This document shows positions 28,801 through 42,345 of a stretch of DNA of 64,000 nucleotides, piece after piece; within the stretch, counting starts at the first letter, position 1, and every line of letters starts with the position of its first letter. Below the pieces are notes generated by a model. It made no database searches. It was given only the letters and a program-made list of their open reading frames with translations, and had not been told where the DNA came from. The DNA lies in contig JBHGNT010000016.1 of NCBI GenBank assembly GCA_043228905.1, positions 8,308,001-8,372,000 on the forward strand, given 5' to 3'. The translations under genes and the position numbers were made by a program. This stretch comes from Azolla caroliniana. Taxonomy: Eukaryota > Plantae > Polypodiophyta.

Positions 28801-31800
28801 TTTCTTGTTGTCCTGTCTGTCCATTGGCTCATCATTATTGGCAAAGGCTGGCTGATCATTTCCAGCCTCATTTTCTGCATTTGCAGGTAAGTTTACAGCA
28901 GGTGTTTGCTGCTGTACAGCGGGCACATTTTTCTGTCTAAAAGGTATTTCTTCTCGGAATACAACCCTCCGTACTTCCTCGGTCTTTTTGGGTTGTTTAT
29001 GCATGCAATTTTCCCGGAAGATAACATCATTACTGCGTACTATTTTTCTTTTCTCGGGATCCCACAATCTATAGCCCATTTCACCCTCATCACCGTATCC
29101 TAGGAAAATACATTTGCAGGACTTTGGCTCAAGTTTGTTGCGTTCTTCTTTACGAACGTGCAGAAAAGCCTCACAGCCAAACACTCTCAAGTGAGCATAT
29201 GAAGGTGGATTGCCCGACCATACTTCTTGGGGTATTCCCCCTCCCAAAGACCTGTTAGGTGACCGATTAATCAAGTGAACAGCTGTCATAACAGCCTCTG
29301 CCCAAAAACCATGGGGTAACGTAACATGAGACAGCATAGTACGGACCTTATCTTGAATAGTCCGATTCATACGCTCTCCAACTCCATTTTGGGGTGGATT
29401 ATAAGGGGCAGTGAGTTCCCTCTTTATCCCTTTGCTGTCACAAAATGCTTGAAAAGCCTTGGACACATATTCCCCACCATTTTCAGAGCGAAGACACTTA
29501 AGTGTCTTATCAATTTGATTCTCAATTAATGCCAAAAATGTTTGAAACTTGTCGAGCACTTCCTATTCGTAAACCCATACCTTCCGTGTAGCATCATCGA
29601 CAAAAGTGACTAAGTATTTCTTTCCTCCGAATGATAGCGCTGGCATCTGACATACATCTGAATGTACTAACTCAAGCGGGGACGACTTCAGCGAAAGAGA
29701 CTTTTTATGAGATGTTTGTACATATTTACCATAAATGCAATGATCACAATGTTCAAAATCAGCATAACGAAGACATGGCAAGTAACCCAAACGAGACAAT
29801 ACTTTCATACCAGTTTCACTCATGTGTCCCAACCGGCCATGCCACAAAGAAACACTACGCTGCTCGGTTATGGCAACAACATGGTCACTCACACTAGATA
29901 CATGGAGAGGATACAAAGTATCACTTTTACTACCCTTGGCAATAACTCTAGATCCCTTACAAATCTTCCATTTCCCATCACCAAAGGTTGTGTGAAATCC
30001 ATCATCATCTAGCTGTCGTGTGCTAATCAAGCTCTTCTTGAGCTGAGGTACATGCCGTACATGCTGAAGTGTGAAAGCAAAACCATGCTGAAACTGTAAT
30101 TGCACAGTGCCAATACCTGCAATTTCACATGCATAGTTGTCCCCAAGATGGACAACACCATGTCGACCCCCTATGTAATCTGAAAACAACTCACGATGAG
30201 GGGTGACGTGAAAAGAAGCACCGGAATCGAGTATCCAAGTGTGCATGTCACCATCCGTATCTGCAAGTAAAGCATGTTCTCTATGGCATGATGAAACAAA
30301 GAGTACATCATTTCCACTATCACTGTCATGAGTGACTACATTCACCTCTTGAATTTTAGTATTGCCTTTCCTCGGTTGAATGTCTCTCTTTTCTTCTATG
30401 AAATCATCTATCTTCTTGCCCTTTCCTCTCTTTCTTCCATTTAAACCAATCACGTTTAAAGTGACCCTTTTTGCCACAGTGATGGCATTCTACATCTTTA
30501 CCACGTGATTTACTACGGCCATAACTATCAGATTTGCCTCTTTGTTGTGACCTACCCCTCATATGCAACGCACTAGAGGACTTATTGGATGCCTTATTTT
30601 GCCGACTCATCTCTTCCATGAGTAGAGAACTCTCTACATCAGCATAAAGAAACATCGCATTTGAATTGCTCATAGCAGTCCTGAAAGTATCCCAACTTTC
30701 TGGCAAGGTGCAAAGTAAAAACGTGGCCTTAAACTCATCATCAATGATGAATTTCAAGGCAACCAGCTGGCTGAAAATGGAATTGAACTCACTCAGGTGA
30801 GTTGACATGGGTGTGCCCTCTGTCATAATCAAATCCATAAGTTTCTTAAGCCAATAAACTTTGCTAGTTGCCGTCTTTTGGGCATATAATTCCTCTAGTC
30901 TAGTCCATATAGAATAGGCGGAGTCCAAACCTTCGATATAAAAAAGCAAGGCATCAAAAATCGACAACTCAATAGTCGAGCGTGCAAGCTCGTTCAACTC
31001 TTGCCAATCATCTTCGTCCATATCTGTAGGCTTTACCCCTTTGACACATCGCATTTGAATTGCTCATAGCAGTCCTGAAAGTATCCCAACTTTCTGGCAA
31101 GGTGCAAAGTAAAAACGTGGACTTAAACTCATCATCAATGATGAATTTCAAGGCAACCAGCTGGCTGAAAATGGAATTGAACTCACTCAGGTGAGTTGAC
31201 ATGGGTGTGCCCTCTGTCATAAGCAAATCCATAAGTTTCTTAAGCCAATAAACTTTGCTAGTTGCCGTCTTTTGGGCATACAATTCCTCTAGTCTAGTCC
31301 ATATAGAATAGGCGGAGTCCAAACCTTCGATATTAGAAAGCAAGGCATCAAAAATCGACAACTCAATAGTCGAGCGTGCAAGCTCGTTCAACTCTTGCCA
31401 ATCATCTTCGTCCATATCTGTAGGCTTTACCCCTTTGACACATCGCATTTGAATTGCTCATAGCAGTCCTGAAAGTATCCCAACTTTCTGGCAAGGTGCA
31501 AAGTAAAAACGTGGACTTAAACTCATCATCAATGATGAATTTCAAGGCAACCAGCTGGCTGAAAATGGAATTGAACTCACTCAGGTGAGTTGACATGGGT
31601 GTGCCCTCTGTCATAAGCAAATCCATAAGTTTCTTAAGCCAATAAACTTTGCTAGTTGCCGTCTTTTGGGCATACAATTCCTCTAGTCTAGTCCATATAG
31701 AATAGGCGGAGTCCAAACCTTCGATATTAGAAAGCAAGGCATCAAAAATCGACAACTCAATAGTCGAGCGTGCAAGCTCGTTCAACTCTTGCCAATCATC

Positions 31801-34800
31801 TTCGTCCATATCTGTAGGCTTTACCCCTTTGACACATCGCATTTGAATTGCTCATAGCAGTCCTGAAAGTATCCCAACTTTCTGGCAAGGTGCAAAGTAA
31901 AAACGTGGCCTTAAACTCATCATCAATGATGAATTTCAAGGCAACCAGCTGGCTGAAAATGGAATTGAACTCACTCAGGTGAGTTGACATGGGTGTGCCC
32001 TCTGTCATAAGCAAATCCATAAGTTTCTTAAGCCAATAAACTTTGCTAGTTGCCGTCTTTTGGGCATACAATTCCTCTAGTCTAGTCCATATAGAATAGG
32101 CGGAGTCCAAACCTTCGATATTAGAAAGCAAGGCATCAAAAATCGACAACTCAATAGTCGAGCGTGCAAGCTCGTTCAACTCTTGCCAATCATCTTCGTC
32201 CATATCTGTAGGCTTTACCCCTTTGACACATCGCATTTGAATTGCTCATAGCAGTCCTGAAAGTATCCCAACTTTCTGGTAAGGTGCAAAGTAAAAACGT
32301 GGACTTAAACTCATCATCAATGATGAATTTCAAGGCAACCAGCTGGCTGAAAATGGAATTGAAAACAGAAAGGGAGAGAGTCTGAGTGAGAGAGAGATGC
32401 ATGTTGTCTTGGGTACAAAGAGTGTACCTCTTTTTTGGTTCTTAGATATTATGTATATACAAGTCTTAAGTGTGCTACGAGTGCGTTCACACTAGTGCAC
32501 TAATAAAAGGCACGATGGCCCTTTATTCCCAACAACTTAATAATGACGCATTAAGGGTTGAACAAGATATTCCAAATGGTATCTCATCTTTGGGAAGAAC
32601 AAACCAAAATAAACAGGGATAAATTAGTAAAACTGTGTAAGGATCCAATGAATCTCGTTAGATATGCATTCAACATTTTGAGCTTACACAGCTGAAACTA
32701 TCTTTAAAAGTTCTCTATGAGCCAATCCAAGATGGAGATCTTTGAAGCAAGGGAAGCACTTTTGATGTCAGGCCTTGATGTGTCAATAACGGGTGACGAG
32801 TTTGTGGTGTCGAAGGACATGGCCTCCTTGCATAAAAAATTGCAATTTCCCAATCTATTATAACCTCATTCAAATGTTCTGGTCAAGGCCCTACTTGTGT
32901 TGCCCTTGATTAACTTGTCGCATGAGGAGTGATGGAGCTAAAGAAAGTTGGCGTGATTCTCTGATGAGGTTTCCTGATTGTATTTTTATCCAACAACTTT
33001 TATGTATCTTGATTTCGAGAAAGAACAAGCCCAAGAATCATTGATCTTCATAATCCATTACCTTGCAAAGTGGGCCAAAGCCTTCTCCAAAGAGGCAATG
33101 GTATATCTCTCTTATTCAATAGAAAACATTACAGTGGTAACATATTGTCCTTTTGATTCCACATCCCAATGGCACAATTAGCAGATATATTCTTCCATAG
33201 ATTTGCATTCATACCCACCTATCTCCAACTAATCTGAAGAGGCCATGAGCTGCGCTGTCACACAAGAAGCTGGCTTCATGAAAGATCTATCCTACAACAG
33301 GCTGAACCACACTCTTTCGTTATCCAATTTAATGATATCATTCAGATCACTCTATTCTTTTCCACTCTGGCATGTCCAAATGTAGACAATCTAACCTATA
33401 TTGTGGGGGTTGTGAATTTATATTTATCCCATATAAATGCAACCATTCCAGCAGGCATCCCAACAACAATTATCACTATGTTCTGCCAACTATTATTAAG
33501 ACATAAATCCCAATCTTGAGTACCTTTGCTTTGGGAGCTCACAAAACTACCAGTCACAGATCAGAAAAGTGTCTTGGGCACTATTGGAGATGCTCTGATC
33601 GCAGCTCAATCTCTCCAGTTTTGTGTCTATGAAAGCTCGATTCGCAATTTTCTACCCCATAGAAGAGAGTTAGTCTAACAAGTGTATTACACCACAATTT
33701 TAATTGTGGTTCTTGGAGCTATATGTGTGCACATTGTCTTTTAAGGGCACCAAGGTTTGCATATATGAGAAAGTTGAGCACAATGTCGTGATGTGGGAAA
33801 TGCATAGGAGGAAATAAGTTAAACTAGACTTCATGACAACAAGCAACATGCCGTAGGGAAAACTGAGGCCCTATAAATGTTACCCCTAGGTATGTGTAGG
33901 ATCATATGTATACCACCTTTCCTCTCCCAACATGAATTCACCTTGTTACCCATGTTTGGGTGCTGTCGAACTCATCACTTACGTTTTATCAAGGTTTAGC
34001 AACAATGACTTTAAAATATCGAGATGGCTGTATGGTTCCTCCACAGGTAGAAATCAACACAATGTCATCAGCACATAGTAATATCAGTTTGGTTATCTCT
34101 GCAAGCATGATCCTGAACTACCTAATTTCTTTGTGTACTTAGATACCTCATCTATGTAAAAACCGAAAAAAGTGGATGATATTTGGCAGTTTGTTTCCGT
34201 CCAATAATGCTATCCATGACCTCTGACCACAGACTAGGAGCACACTTGGTTTCTAATGCTGATTCATATAGTGCATAGATTCCCCATTGTATGTCTACCA
34301 GGACTTGTAAGTTCTTGGATTCACTAAATGAACTGGGTCGGAGTATAGTGTCAAAGGCTTTCTGTAAATCCACAAATTAACAAAAGATTATGCTTTTATG
34401 GGCTCTTACTTCTTCAATAAGGCTCGTACACCAAATTCAAAGCAAAAAAATTCTCATAAGCCCCCTGCATTTTTCTCAATCTACGACAAGAGATAGCAAA
34501 AGATAATAACTTTAGAACTTCAAAATATAAGCAAAAGAAGTTTATATAATGTAAGATATACTCCATCGGAGATACATTTACTACATGCACATGCACAGAA
34601 CTAATCTGGTGTATAAGCAGATACAGAAAATATGTTATGGCCCTTTGACCCACTCCACAAAAAAGGAAATATATTTTGAACCAAAGATAGTATTTTGTAA
34701 TGTCACATTAAAACTAACATTACATAATGCAGGTAGCTTTTGCAGGATGATAAATATACTAACAAGGTGTATAGAGATGCAAATATGGGAATCAAACCTG

Positions 34801-37800
34801 GGGCAATACTCCATTTGGATATAGAGATATGTCCTCTCCTCTAAATTCTCTTCAAAATCACTTAAGATTGCACCTTTGGGAACTAGTGGTTTGAAGCTTA
34901 GGTCTAAATTCTCAGATTCACTGTAATTAGATGCTTCTATTTCTGCACTTGGATTCGTGACTCCAAGGACAGACTCAAACCAAGCCTGCATAAAGTGTGG
35001 TCAGTAATCATATTTCAAATGCACAATAGTTAAAAACCCGAATACTGTTGGGCTTGATATACAATAGGTTCATTACATTTTAAGTGTATGTGATACTTAA
35101 AGTATTACAAATAGAATTGGTTGCAAAAAGTGCAATCGATCCATTGAACATCTACAAAAACATCAAATTTTCCCAGGAAGAATAGCACAGCTCATATATA
35201 TCTATATAGGTACACGCACACAAACTCAAACCCTTCATAATCAACAACATAATTTGTCTTTCAAATTTAAACCACATTTTAAAACTGCATGTGTCATAGA
35301 ATATGACACACTAAAGAAAATAATAGAACCTCGTTACCTGATAATATCTCACAATGTGATGGTGCTGCAACCTAGAAAGAGTAGTGACCTCTCTGGAACC
35401 AAGTGGAAATTAGTTATCAACCATGTGGTCTTTCAATATTACAGTTGAACAACAAAAATCCAAAAGAGTTTTTTTATTACATGCATCACAAAAGAAAATA
35501 CCTCAAAATCTTATTATTCAAAGATGGGCTTTTATCTGACAATCTGATCTTCTTCATTGCATAATGTCGTCCATCAAGCTTGTTTTTGCATAAAACAACA
35601 TACCCGAATCCTCCTTTTCCTGAATGTAAATAGTAATTAAACTTAAGCTCATTAACAATAGAATTCATTGAGAATACTCTCCTTTTATTTATCATAGGAG
35701 ACTTTTCCAAGCTCTTCTGTGACATCAAATTTGGCATAGAAGTGGTCTCCAAAGATTTCTTGTTCTTTTGTTTGCTATAGATCAAAAAATGAATTCTTGC
35801 ATGTCTTACTATGGAAGTATAAGAACATCCAGGTGGCATGCTTAAGGATTCATGTAAAATTATTTCTCTTTATGTGATCTCCTAAGGAAGACTATAGATT
35901 TTATAGTCAATTCTATTTTTGAAATTTATTACAAAGAAATACAGGGCACAATGGCAAGCTTTCAGTTAGAATCTAAAAAATGGTTTCCCAAAGAGTGAGC
36001 CTAGAGTTGCATACGATCTTAACAAGATACCTTTTCATTTTGAGCATGTGCCCAAGGATGAAAAGATGGGTGAGACAGCGTCTAATACAATAGTGTACAA
36101 CAGAACATAAATTCATAAGACCATAACTATAATGTGCTTAAAGTTCAACGCACACATGATCAGGTTTACGGTCCTGATTCCTCTTGGATATCTAAAGATA
36201 ATGCAAGCTAAATATGAAAAACATATCATTTCTAGTTTTAAAACGTTCTCACCCGCCGCTTTTGAAATGTTCCACAACAGAACATAAATTCATAAGACCA
36301 TAACTATAATGTGCTTAAAGTTCAACGCACGCATGATCAGGTTTACGGTCCTGATTCCTCTTTGATATCTAAAGATAATGCAAGCTAAACATGAAAAACA
36401 TATCACTTCTAGTTTTAAAACGTTCTCACCCGCCGCTTTTGAAATGTTCCACCAACTTACCTTCAATTATTATAAGATTCTAACCTCTTTCATATGAACT
36501 TACATGTACATAATTTACATGGGATCTAGGATTAATGCCCTTCATAAATCTTCCCAACACAAGTTGTGAGACTCCTTACAATGTAAAACCTCACTACTGT
36601 TATTCAGCATATATATCCTCTCTTGTAACTACGTTTTGAGGGTTTCTATAACACTGTTGCATCATGATGTTTCTGACAGTGTGAAGCTAGAAAATGATAA
36701 CATAATTTACCAAGTAGAGAGAGTTCCTCAAAGTCATTCGAGTAACGTGAAAATGTGTTTGCATGCCCATTTTCATCTCGATCAGCCATCTCCGGACTTG
36801 CATTCCAAAAGTTGTTGGTAGCAGTGAGGCCCTACAGCGAGAAAAGAGAGTTGGTGTACACATCATAGACAAATTGTACTGCATCAAACATATACATTTC
36901 ATACCCCGGATGATAGATTTGTTTCTTGGAGTATATCTGCAAAAATCCCACGGAAGGCCACATCAAATTGTTGAGGTTGACTACTTACAAGGTCCAAAAT
37001 AATTTGGGGGACAATCTGTGAATAAAGCATAGATACAGTCAAAATAATACATCAATTTACTAGAATCATGATCCATGAAGAATGTGTATCAATATGAACT
37101 AGAATTTCCTAGCTCGATGCCTGGCCTCTTGCATACCTACTAGGTTGATTTGGATACTCTGAAATTGCAGCTTATCAATTCATTGTATTACAAAGCTGTA
37201 CCTACTTCAGGCCATGTTAACCAACTCTAGCCCAGATCTATAACTATTCAAACATCCTTTTAAAGGATTCATGTTGTTGCTTCACAGGTAGAGACTAGCA
37301 GAATGCAGATGCTGAAAGAGAATGACACCCTCCTTTTCGCCATTTTCAGCTTCCTATATTTTTGTTACATAAGATTTTGACAGCGGTGAGCAATGTAATG
37401 CTTGCTGCCTTATGCACTATCCATTTTTCCTCCAAAACAGAGTATCTACCTTCATAATGCATTCCAATCAACTCTAGTTTGGTTCTTTCCTTATGATGGA
37501 ATATGAGGACCAATGGTGCCTAGGACTTTTCTTGCTACAACTCAAGAGACATAGGGAAAAATTGTTGAAAGACAATAGTACAGCAACACAAGCTCATCCA
37601 CAAAGAACAATCACAACTTTCTTTAGCCCCATCACTCCTGCTAATGCTACAAGTCAATCAAGGGATACACAAATGGGCTCCCGACCAAGACATAACAAAG
37701 GGGTTACAATAGATCGGTTACAATAGATGGGGCAATAGCAATTTGTCGTGCACATAGGCTCCGGCCCCATGGACCACGACCTCAGCACCCTTGTCATCGA

Positions 37801-40800
37801 CAGATAAAGGCCATTATCTCCCGTCATCACACGTGCTTCCCTCGCTACGGAGACCTCTCCATTTTGGATCGACGTATGCCAGAGGTCTTTCAAAGACAAA
37901 AGCTATAATATATCTAACTTGAGAATCTCATATGTGCTGAAAACCAGATTCTTTCGTCTCTTTTTATCTTATTTACTTTTATATTTACTGAGTAATATTT
38001 ATTTTATTTTGATTTGTTGTTCTCAAAGACAAGACAACACTTAAGATATAATCTCCTGTTTGGTGTTATAGGCCATTTTGGCCTCTTGAAAGACATTAAT
38101 ATATCGTTCTTTCTTATTAGCATCTTATGCATTGAAGGAAAGCTTGAGACTCAGAAAAAGAGAATACCTCCACAAAAGGCACAAGTAGTCACAAACTCAC
38201 ATTAAGTTTCTCTAGTTGTGATAGCAGCAATGGCCATGCATGAGGTAAAGGCCCCCTCGGAGAACAAACAAGGCGTAGCAAGTGTGCCTGTAGAGCAGTG
38301 TAAGGAAACATTAATAGATAAAAAATTTAGACTGAATTAATAGAGTTCATCATAAAATCAGGTCACCACAAGTTAACGTACAAGAAGGAAGTCCTTACGA
38401 ACTGAGTTGTCAGCTTTTTCAAATGAAACATTGCATTCAGATTCTGAGTCTTCACTGCTGTTTATTTCCTGATGCTGGTTGGATGTAACCAATTTAGTAA
38501 GAACACTTTGCAAATAGCTAATTATGAAATCAATTTTCAACGCTTACGTTACAGGCATGAATCCCAATGTAAAAAATACCTCATATTTTGGGTCCAAATT
38601 ATAATATATCTTCTTTAGAAGTTCAGAGACACTGGCAAACTGAATTGGTTTAAACATATTACTGTTACCATCTTTATCATTCTTATTGTTCAATCCCTGT
38701 GGCTTTAGTACTCTGGATTCCAAACCAAATAATAAAGGTTTCTGTGAAGCTTTATTCAGGTTCAGGATATTTAATTCCTCAAAGGAACCCTGTCTTCCTG
38801 AAAAAAGATTGCTCGAAAACTTTTCCAATCCCTTCTGTAACGGTTGGTGCAATTCTCCTTCCCAATTACTTTCCATTCCAAGTTCAGTGAAAAGATCCAC
38901 AACTCCATATACAAGGGATGGTTCTAGATCTTGGGCAGTATATTCTGAACTATCTGAAACTCCTGCATGGGGAGCATCAACAATTCTGTCTGTTTGCCCA
39001 TTGTCCTGAAACCAACGGAAAATAATGACTTGTAAACTTCAAATTTTCACACAATATCAAATCAAACGAAAGTGCTTCGACAAGGGATTCACAAATGTAT
39101 AATACATGATTTAGAGGTACCATCAAAAGAACATGATATGTTAAAATCATAAATACAAACTTTCACGTCTAGAAAACTTCATTAGTGATAAATCATATGA
39201 CTAATATTTATTCATTTATTGAAGAAAACAGCAATGCTAAAAAGAGCTCAAAACCTAAAACTGTAATAATAGAAGAGAATACACACATTGAAAGGTTTGT
39301 CAGAATTGGAAGAATTATGATGCTGCTTGATGTAGAAAATGCATCCACCATGTAGATTTCAACTATTCACAATTCCCATTTCTTATCTAAAAGATAAGAA
39401 ATAGAATGATCCTAGCCTAATTTGCAAACATGGAATCGAACAAAACACTAATGAAAAGCAAGTGGATAAGTGCAGCACGGCAACTAAATGCATCCCATTA
39501 GTTGAGGTTACATAGGCACTAAATAGAAAATATTGTGTTGTGGTCAATAGAAATTGATTGGATTGTTCAAAATGCTGTCTGTCATACTAGTCCATTGATA
39601 TCATCCACTTACTTCCAGCTGAAGCAAGAGAGATGTAAAATCAGGATCCTGGGTAGACACGGGGGATACTTTGGTAGGTAAATTAGCACCTCAGGGGGGA
39701 GCAGATTCGCCACACGCTCCAGAAGGAAGGTTATTACAAGCCATTTCAGGGTCAATTTATTGATGTTAGTTGGGTCTATCCCTAAGATGAATACGAATGA
39801 TTCATTTTCCCATCGGAATTCCATGTTGCAATGATAGAGAAGCTAAAACTTGAAAATATTGACATACATCACAACCACTATTTCCAGAAAAAACTATTTT
39901 CTGTTGAGCTTCATTATATTACATCCATAACATGAGTTGCAATCATATAATTACCATATTGGATCATCGGATATACATAAAAGATTATACCTTAGATTGG
40001 ATATATTCAATGATAGACTTTTATACAGGAACAATACATCAAGACGCTTAAACATTTGGCTGAGTTGATACCTCATGAACTTGTTGAAGGTCAATTCGAA
40101 CATGTTCAGACAAAAACTCTTGTGCAGCTTCCACTAGATTGTAGATCATGACTCTACCTTCTCTGGAAATTGATGCTGCCTGCAAAAACAGCAGTTTCAT
40201 TGATGAGTAAGCTCAATATGCTAAGATATGCTACTATAACATGAAATTTCCGGTTATTATACTCATCGGTAATTGCATTTGGGGCTGAATGATTCATTCT
40301 AGAGTAATTAAGGAAAGCCACTTGAGAAATTCATACTTGATCAATAAGCAAGGAATGTAATGCTTGCAAATCATCTTCAGAAAGTCCTTCCTTGGCTTTA
40401 AGGTATAACTTGGGAGGTTTATATGGGTATCCTGTCAAACACCTGATATATGAAGAATTATTCCATATGATAATTTTCCAGCCGATGCACGGGAGAATCT
40501 TCATTTCTCATAAAGCTAATGTCAAACTCCTAAGATATAAAGGTATTTTTTGATATTTTCCTATTATTCATGCAAGAAAAAGGGAAAAGGTGCCCTTCAT
40601 CACTAAAACACCAGTTAGTCTTTTCAAACTTTTCTTTTGAAATATATTTAACAGATTTTGAGTTAGCAGAACACAAAAGAATAAATAAATTGGCTGTTAA
40701 ATTCCTGCAATTTTTGCAGTATTTTCTCATACTGTTCTATTACTACATGCATGAAAATGAAACTTTGGATGATAAGGATTGATTTTTTCCTATCAAAGAT

Positions 40801-41587
40801 TGTTCACCTGACAAAAAGCTCTGCAGAAACATTGCTTTGACCGCCTCCACCATGAGGTCTGCATAATCATCCAAAGAAGAAGTAGAAATTAAACTACGAC
40901 AGTTCTCGATAAATATATAAAGATGTGTATACATACACAGTATAGATATAGAAAGAAAGTGATACAACATCTGTGCATTCAAAATATATTCTTTGTGAAA
41001 GAATTCAATCAAACTTACTGCAGTAATATGGAGAACTCTGTATAAGACTCTTCTAGGGAAACAATGGCAAAGTCCTCTTGAAAAATAGCTGACCTGCAGT
41101 AAAGCATCAATCATTTTTTAAATGAATCAAAGACCGGAAAAGGCATGAACTGAGTCAGAAAAAACGCTAAGAATAAAGATAATATACAAATTAATATACA
41201 CATATAGAGGTACATATACACACACATATATATACAAATACACAAATGCATGTATAATTGCACGCACACACATGCATATATACACATACAATTACACGTA
41301 AAATTACACAGATATACACATACAATTACACGTAAAATTACACAGCCATACACATAGAATTACACGCATGCATATACACACATACACATACATATATACA
41401 CAAATACAATTACACAGATATACAAATAAAATCAAATGCACATTAGCATAAGACTTGAGGAGACTTACAGTGCTGTCAGCTCCTCAGAGAGTGGTGATTC
41501 GTTCTGCCAGTGAGATGGGAAATGGTCTTTGGGTCGAAGATTCCTTTTCTTCTGATTCGATCGTTTGCGACGGCCTCCTCCGGCCAT
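9737..41587 (-). CDS. GCN2: eIF2-alpha kinase GCN2 (RWD, kinase, HisRS-like and C-terminal anticodon-binding-like domains), 29 coding exons, about 1239 aa
   Basis: Exons traced with GT-AG ends and consistent phases: 41469-41587, 41019-41093, 40808-40858, 40337-40442, 40072-40179, 38580-39005, 38382-38468, 38201-38287, 36905-37015, 36711-36831, 35502-35619, 35338-35392, 34798-34985, 25192-25379, 24962-25107, 24626-24872, 23652-23907, 23273-23369, 16744-16824, 16201-16257, 15927-16058, 15756-15839, 12525-12633, 12262-12419, 12069-12176, 10938-11011, 10747-10855, 10539-10658, 9737-9838 (sum 3720 nt). Motifs: [33 protein letters not shown] (RWD); [64 protein letters not shown] (kinase); [24 protein letters not shown] (HisRS-like). 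Confidence 0.95.
11357..11980. repeat. Intronic tandem duplication (2 x 169 bp) followed by diverged shorter repeats
   Basis: TACATGATTGTACATACACTTAACC at 11357 and 11526; AAACCATACA...AACTTGAT recurs three times afterwards. Confidence 0.85.
14350..15600 (-). mobile_element. LINE-like 3' fragment with (TTCT)n-type tail in a GCN2 intron
   Basis: Homologous to 37490-38115 in the opposite orientation (shared text [17 protein letters not shown] / [17 protein letters not shown]) and similar to 32800-33500. Confidence 0.6.
17130..21987 (+). mobile_element. Full-length decayed Ty1/copia in GCN2 intron 18 (antisense to the gene)
   Basis: 273-bp LTRs 17130-17402 and 21715-21987; TSD AATAT; PBS TGGTATCAGAGC 17405-17416; PPT AAGTGGGAGG; gag, WIVDSGAS protease, integrase, YVDD RT and RNaseH with frameshifts and stops. 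Confidence 0.96.
23273..25379 (-). CDS. GCN2: GCN2 exons 14-18 (kinase C-lobe and start of HisRS-like domain)
   Basis: ORFs 24893-25342, 24588-24878, 23546-23869, 23189-23407 carry [42 protein letters not shown]. Confidence 0.95.
27006..32534 (-). mobile_element. Ty1/copia in GCN2 intron 13 with rearranged 5' end
   Basis: 3' LTR 27006-27212, partial 5' LTR about 32363-32534, TSD ACTTA on both sides; gag, WILDSGAS, integrase, LYVDDML, RNaseH ORFs. Confidence 0.95.
30652..32363. repeat. 394-bp tandem array of a copia gag segment (4 full units and 1 partial)
   Basis: ACATCGCATTTGAATTG starts at 30652, 31046, 31440, 31834, 32228; near-identical 146-aa ORFs. Confidence 0.95.
32800..34400 (-). 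mobile_element. Degenerate LINE RT fragment
   Basis: [10 protein letters not shown]...IIGRKQ (34152-34373) and degenerate YADD-like text near 34070. Confidence 0.65.
34798..36831 (-). CDS. GCN2: GCN2 exons 10-13 (kinase N-lobe and insert)
   Basis: [14 protein letters not shown] / [26 protein letters not shown] / [18 protein letters not shown] / AWFE...[12 protein letters not shown]. Confidence 0.93.
36097..36452. repeat. Intronic tandem duplication, 2 x 177 bp
   Basis: ACAACAGAACATAAATTCATAAGACC at 36097 and 36274. Confidence 0.9.
37490..38115 (+). mobile_element. LINE-like 3' fragment, same family as 14350-15600
   Basis: Reverse-complement similarity to 14350-14950; ends in TTCTTTCT. Confidence 0.6.
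40072..41587 (-). CDS. GCN2: GCN2 exons 1-5 (start codon and RWD domain)
   Basis: Spliced translation [14 protein letters not shown]...[14 protein letters not shown]...[14 protein letters not shown]...[20 protein letters not shown]. Confidence 0.9.
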
Positions 41588-41729
41588 GGTTTTGACCTTT
41601 TACCTGGTCCTTTATTTAATCCGTCGCTCTTGAATTCTTTTATTTTCCTCTTGTTCTTCTCTTCTCCCTTCGCGCACCGCTCCCCGCCACCTTCCCCTTC
41701 TTCCTCTCAGGAAGCCTGTGGGCAGCATA

Positions 41730-41730
<1 letters not shown>

Positions 41731-41775
<45 letters not shown>

Positions 41776-41972
41776 TATATATATATAGAGAGAGAGAGAG
41801 AGAGGGAGAGGATTCTCTCTCACACACACACTATCTCAAGACTCGGATCGTGGCTGTTTCTGTCTCTGTCTGTCTGTCTGTCTGTCTGTCTTGTGTATCA
41901 ACGCTTGCCTGGTCGAAGGAAGAGAGACAGACGACAGGACTGCATCAAATGAAATGAAATGAAATGAAATGA
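41731..41972. repeat. Microsatellite cluster (TG)n, (TA)n, (AG)n, (TCTG)n, (AAATG)n in the GCN2 leader/promoter
   Basis: Directly visible. Confidence 0.9.
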
Positions 41973-42015
41973 GATTGTGAGATTTGAATTCACAACAAAA
42001 TTGAAGCGAGATGAA

Positions 42016-42303
42016 TGTAGTCAAGTCAATAGAATACTAAATCCCATATCTACATAGTGACACTTACCGATTGACCGCGTGCCTATATAACTTGTAAAAG
42101 GATCGGATGTACTTATATAAATGTAACCTAAATTGGAACATTGTAACAATGAAATACGATCGTAGAATATGCTCTGTTTGAAGGACAAACGGATGATGGA
42201 GGTATGAAAGAGCCGAAGAATAATATGAGAGATAGAACGAGAGATATTGCCCATAGGTTAATCGCACTTGCAACATCTGTAGAGTGTTGCTCCTAAGTAG
42301 CCA

Positions 42304-42345
<42 letters not shown>

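Noticed and set aside
31008-32402. Tandem host gene family of 146-aa proteins
   Set aside because: Frameshifted duplicates of a copia gag segment
41111-41957. ORFs with CVCV or THTH runs
   Set aside because: Translations of microsatellite and low-complexity DNA
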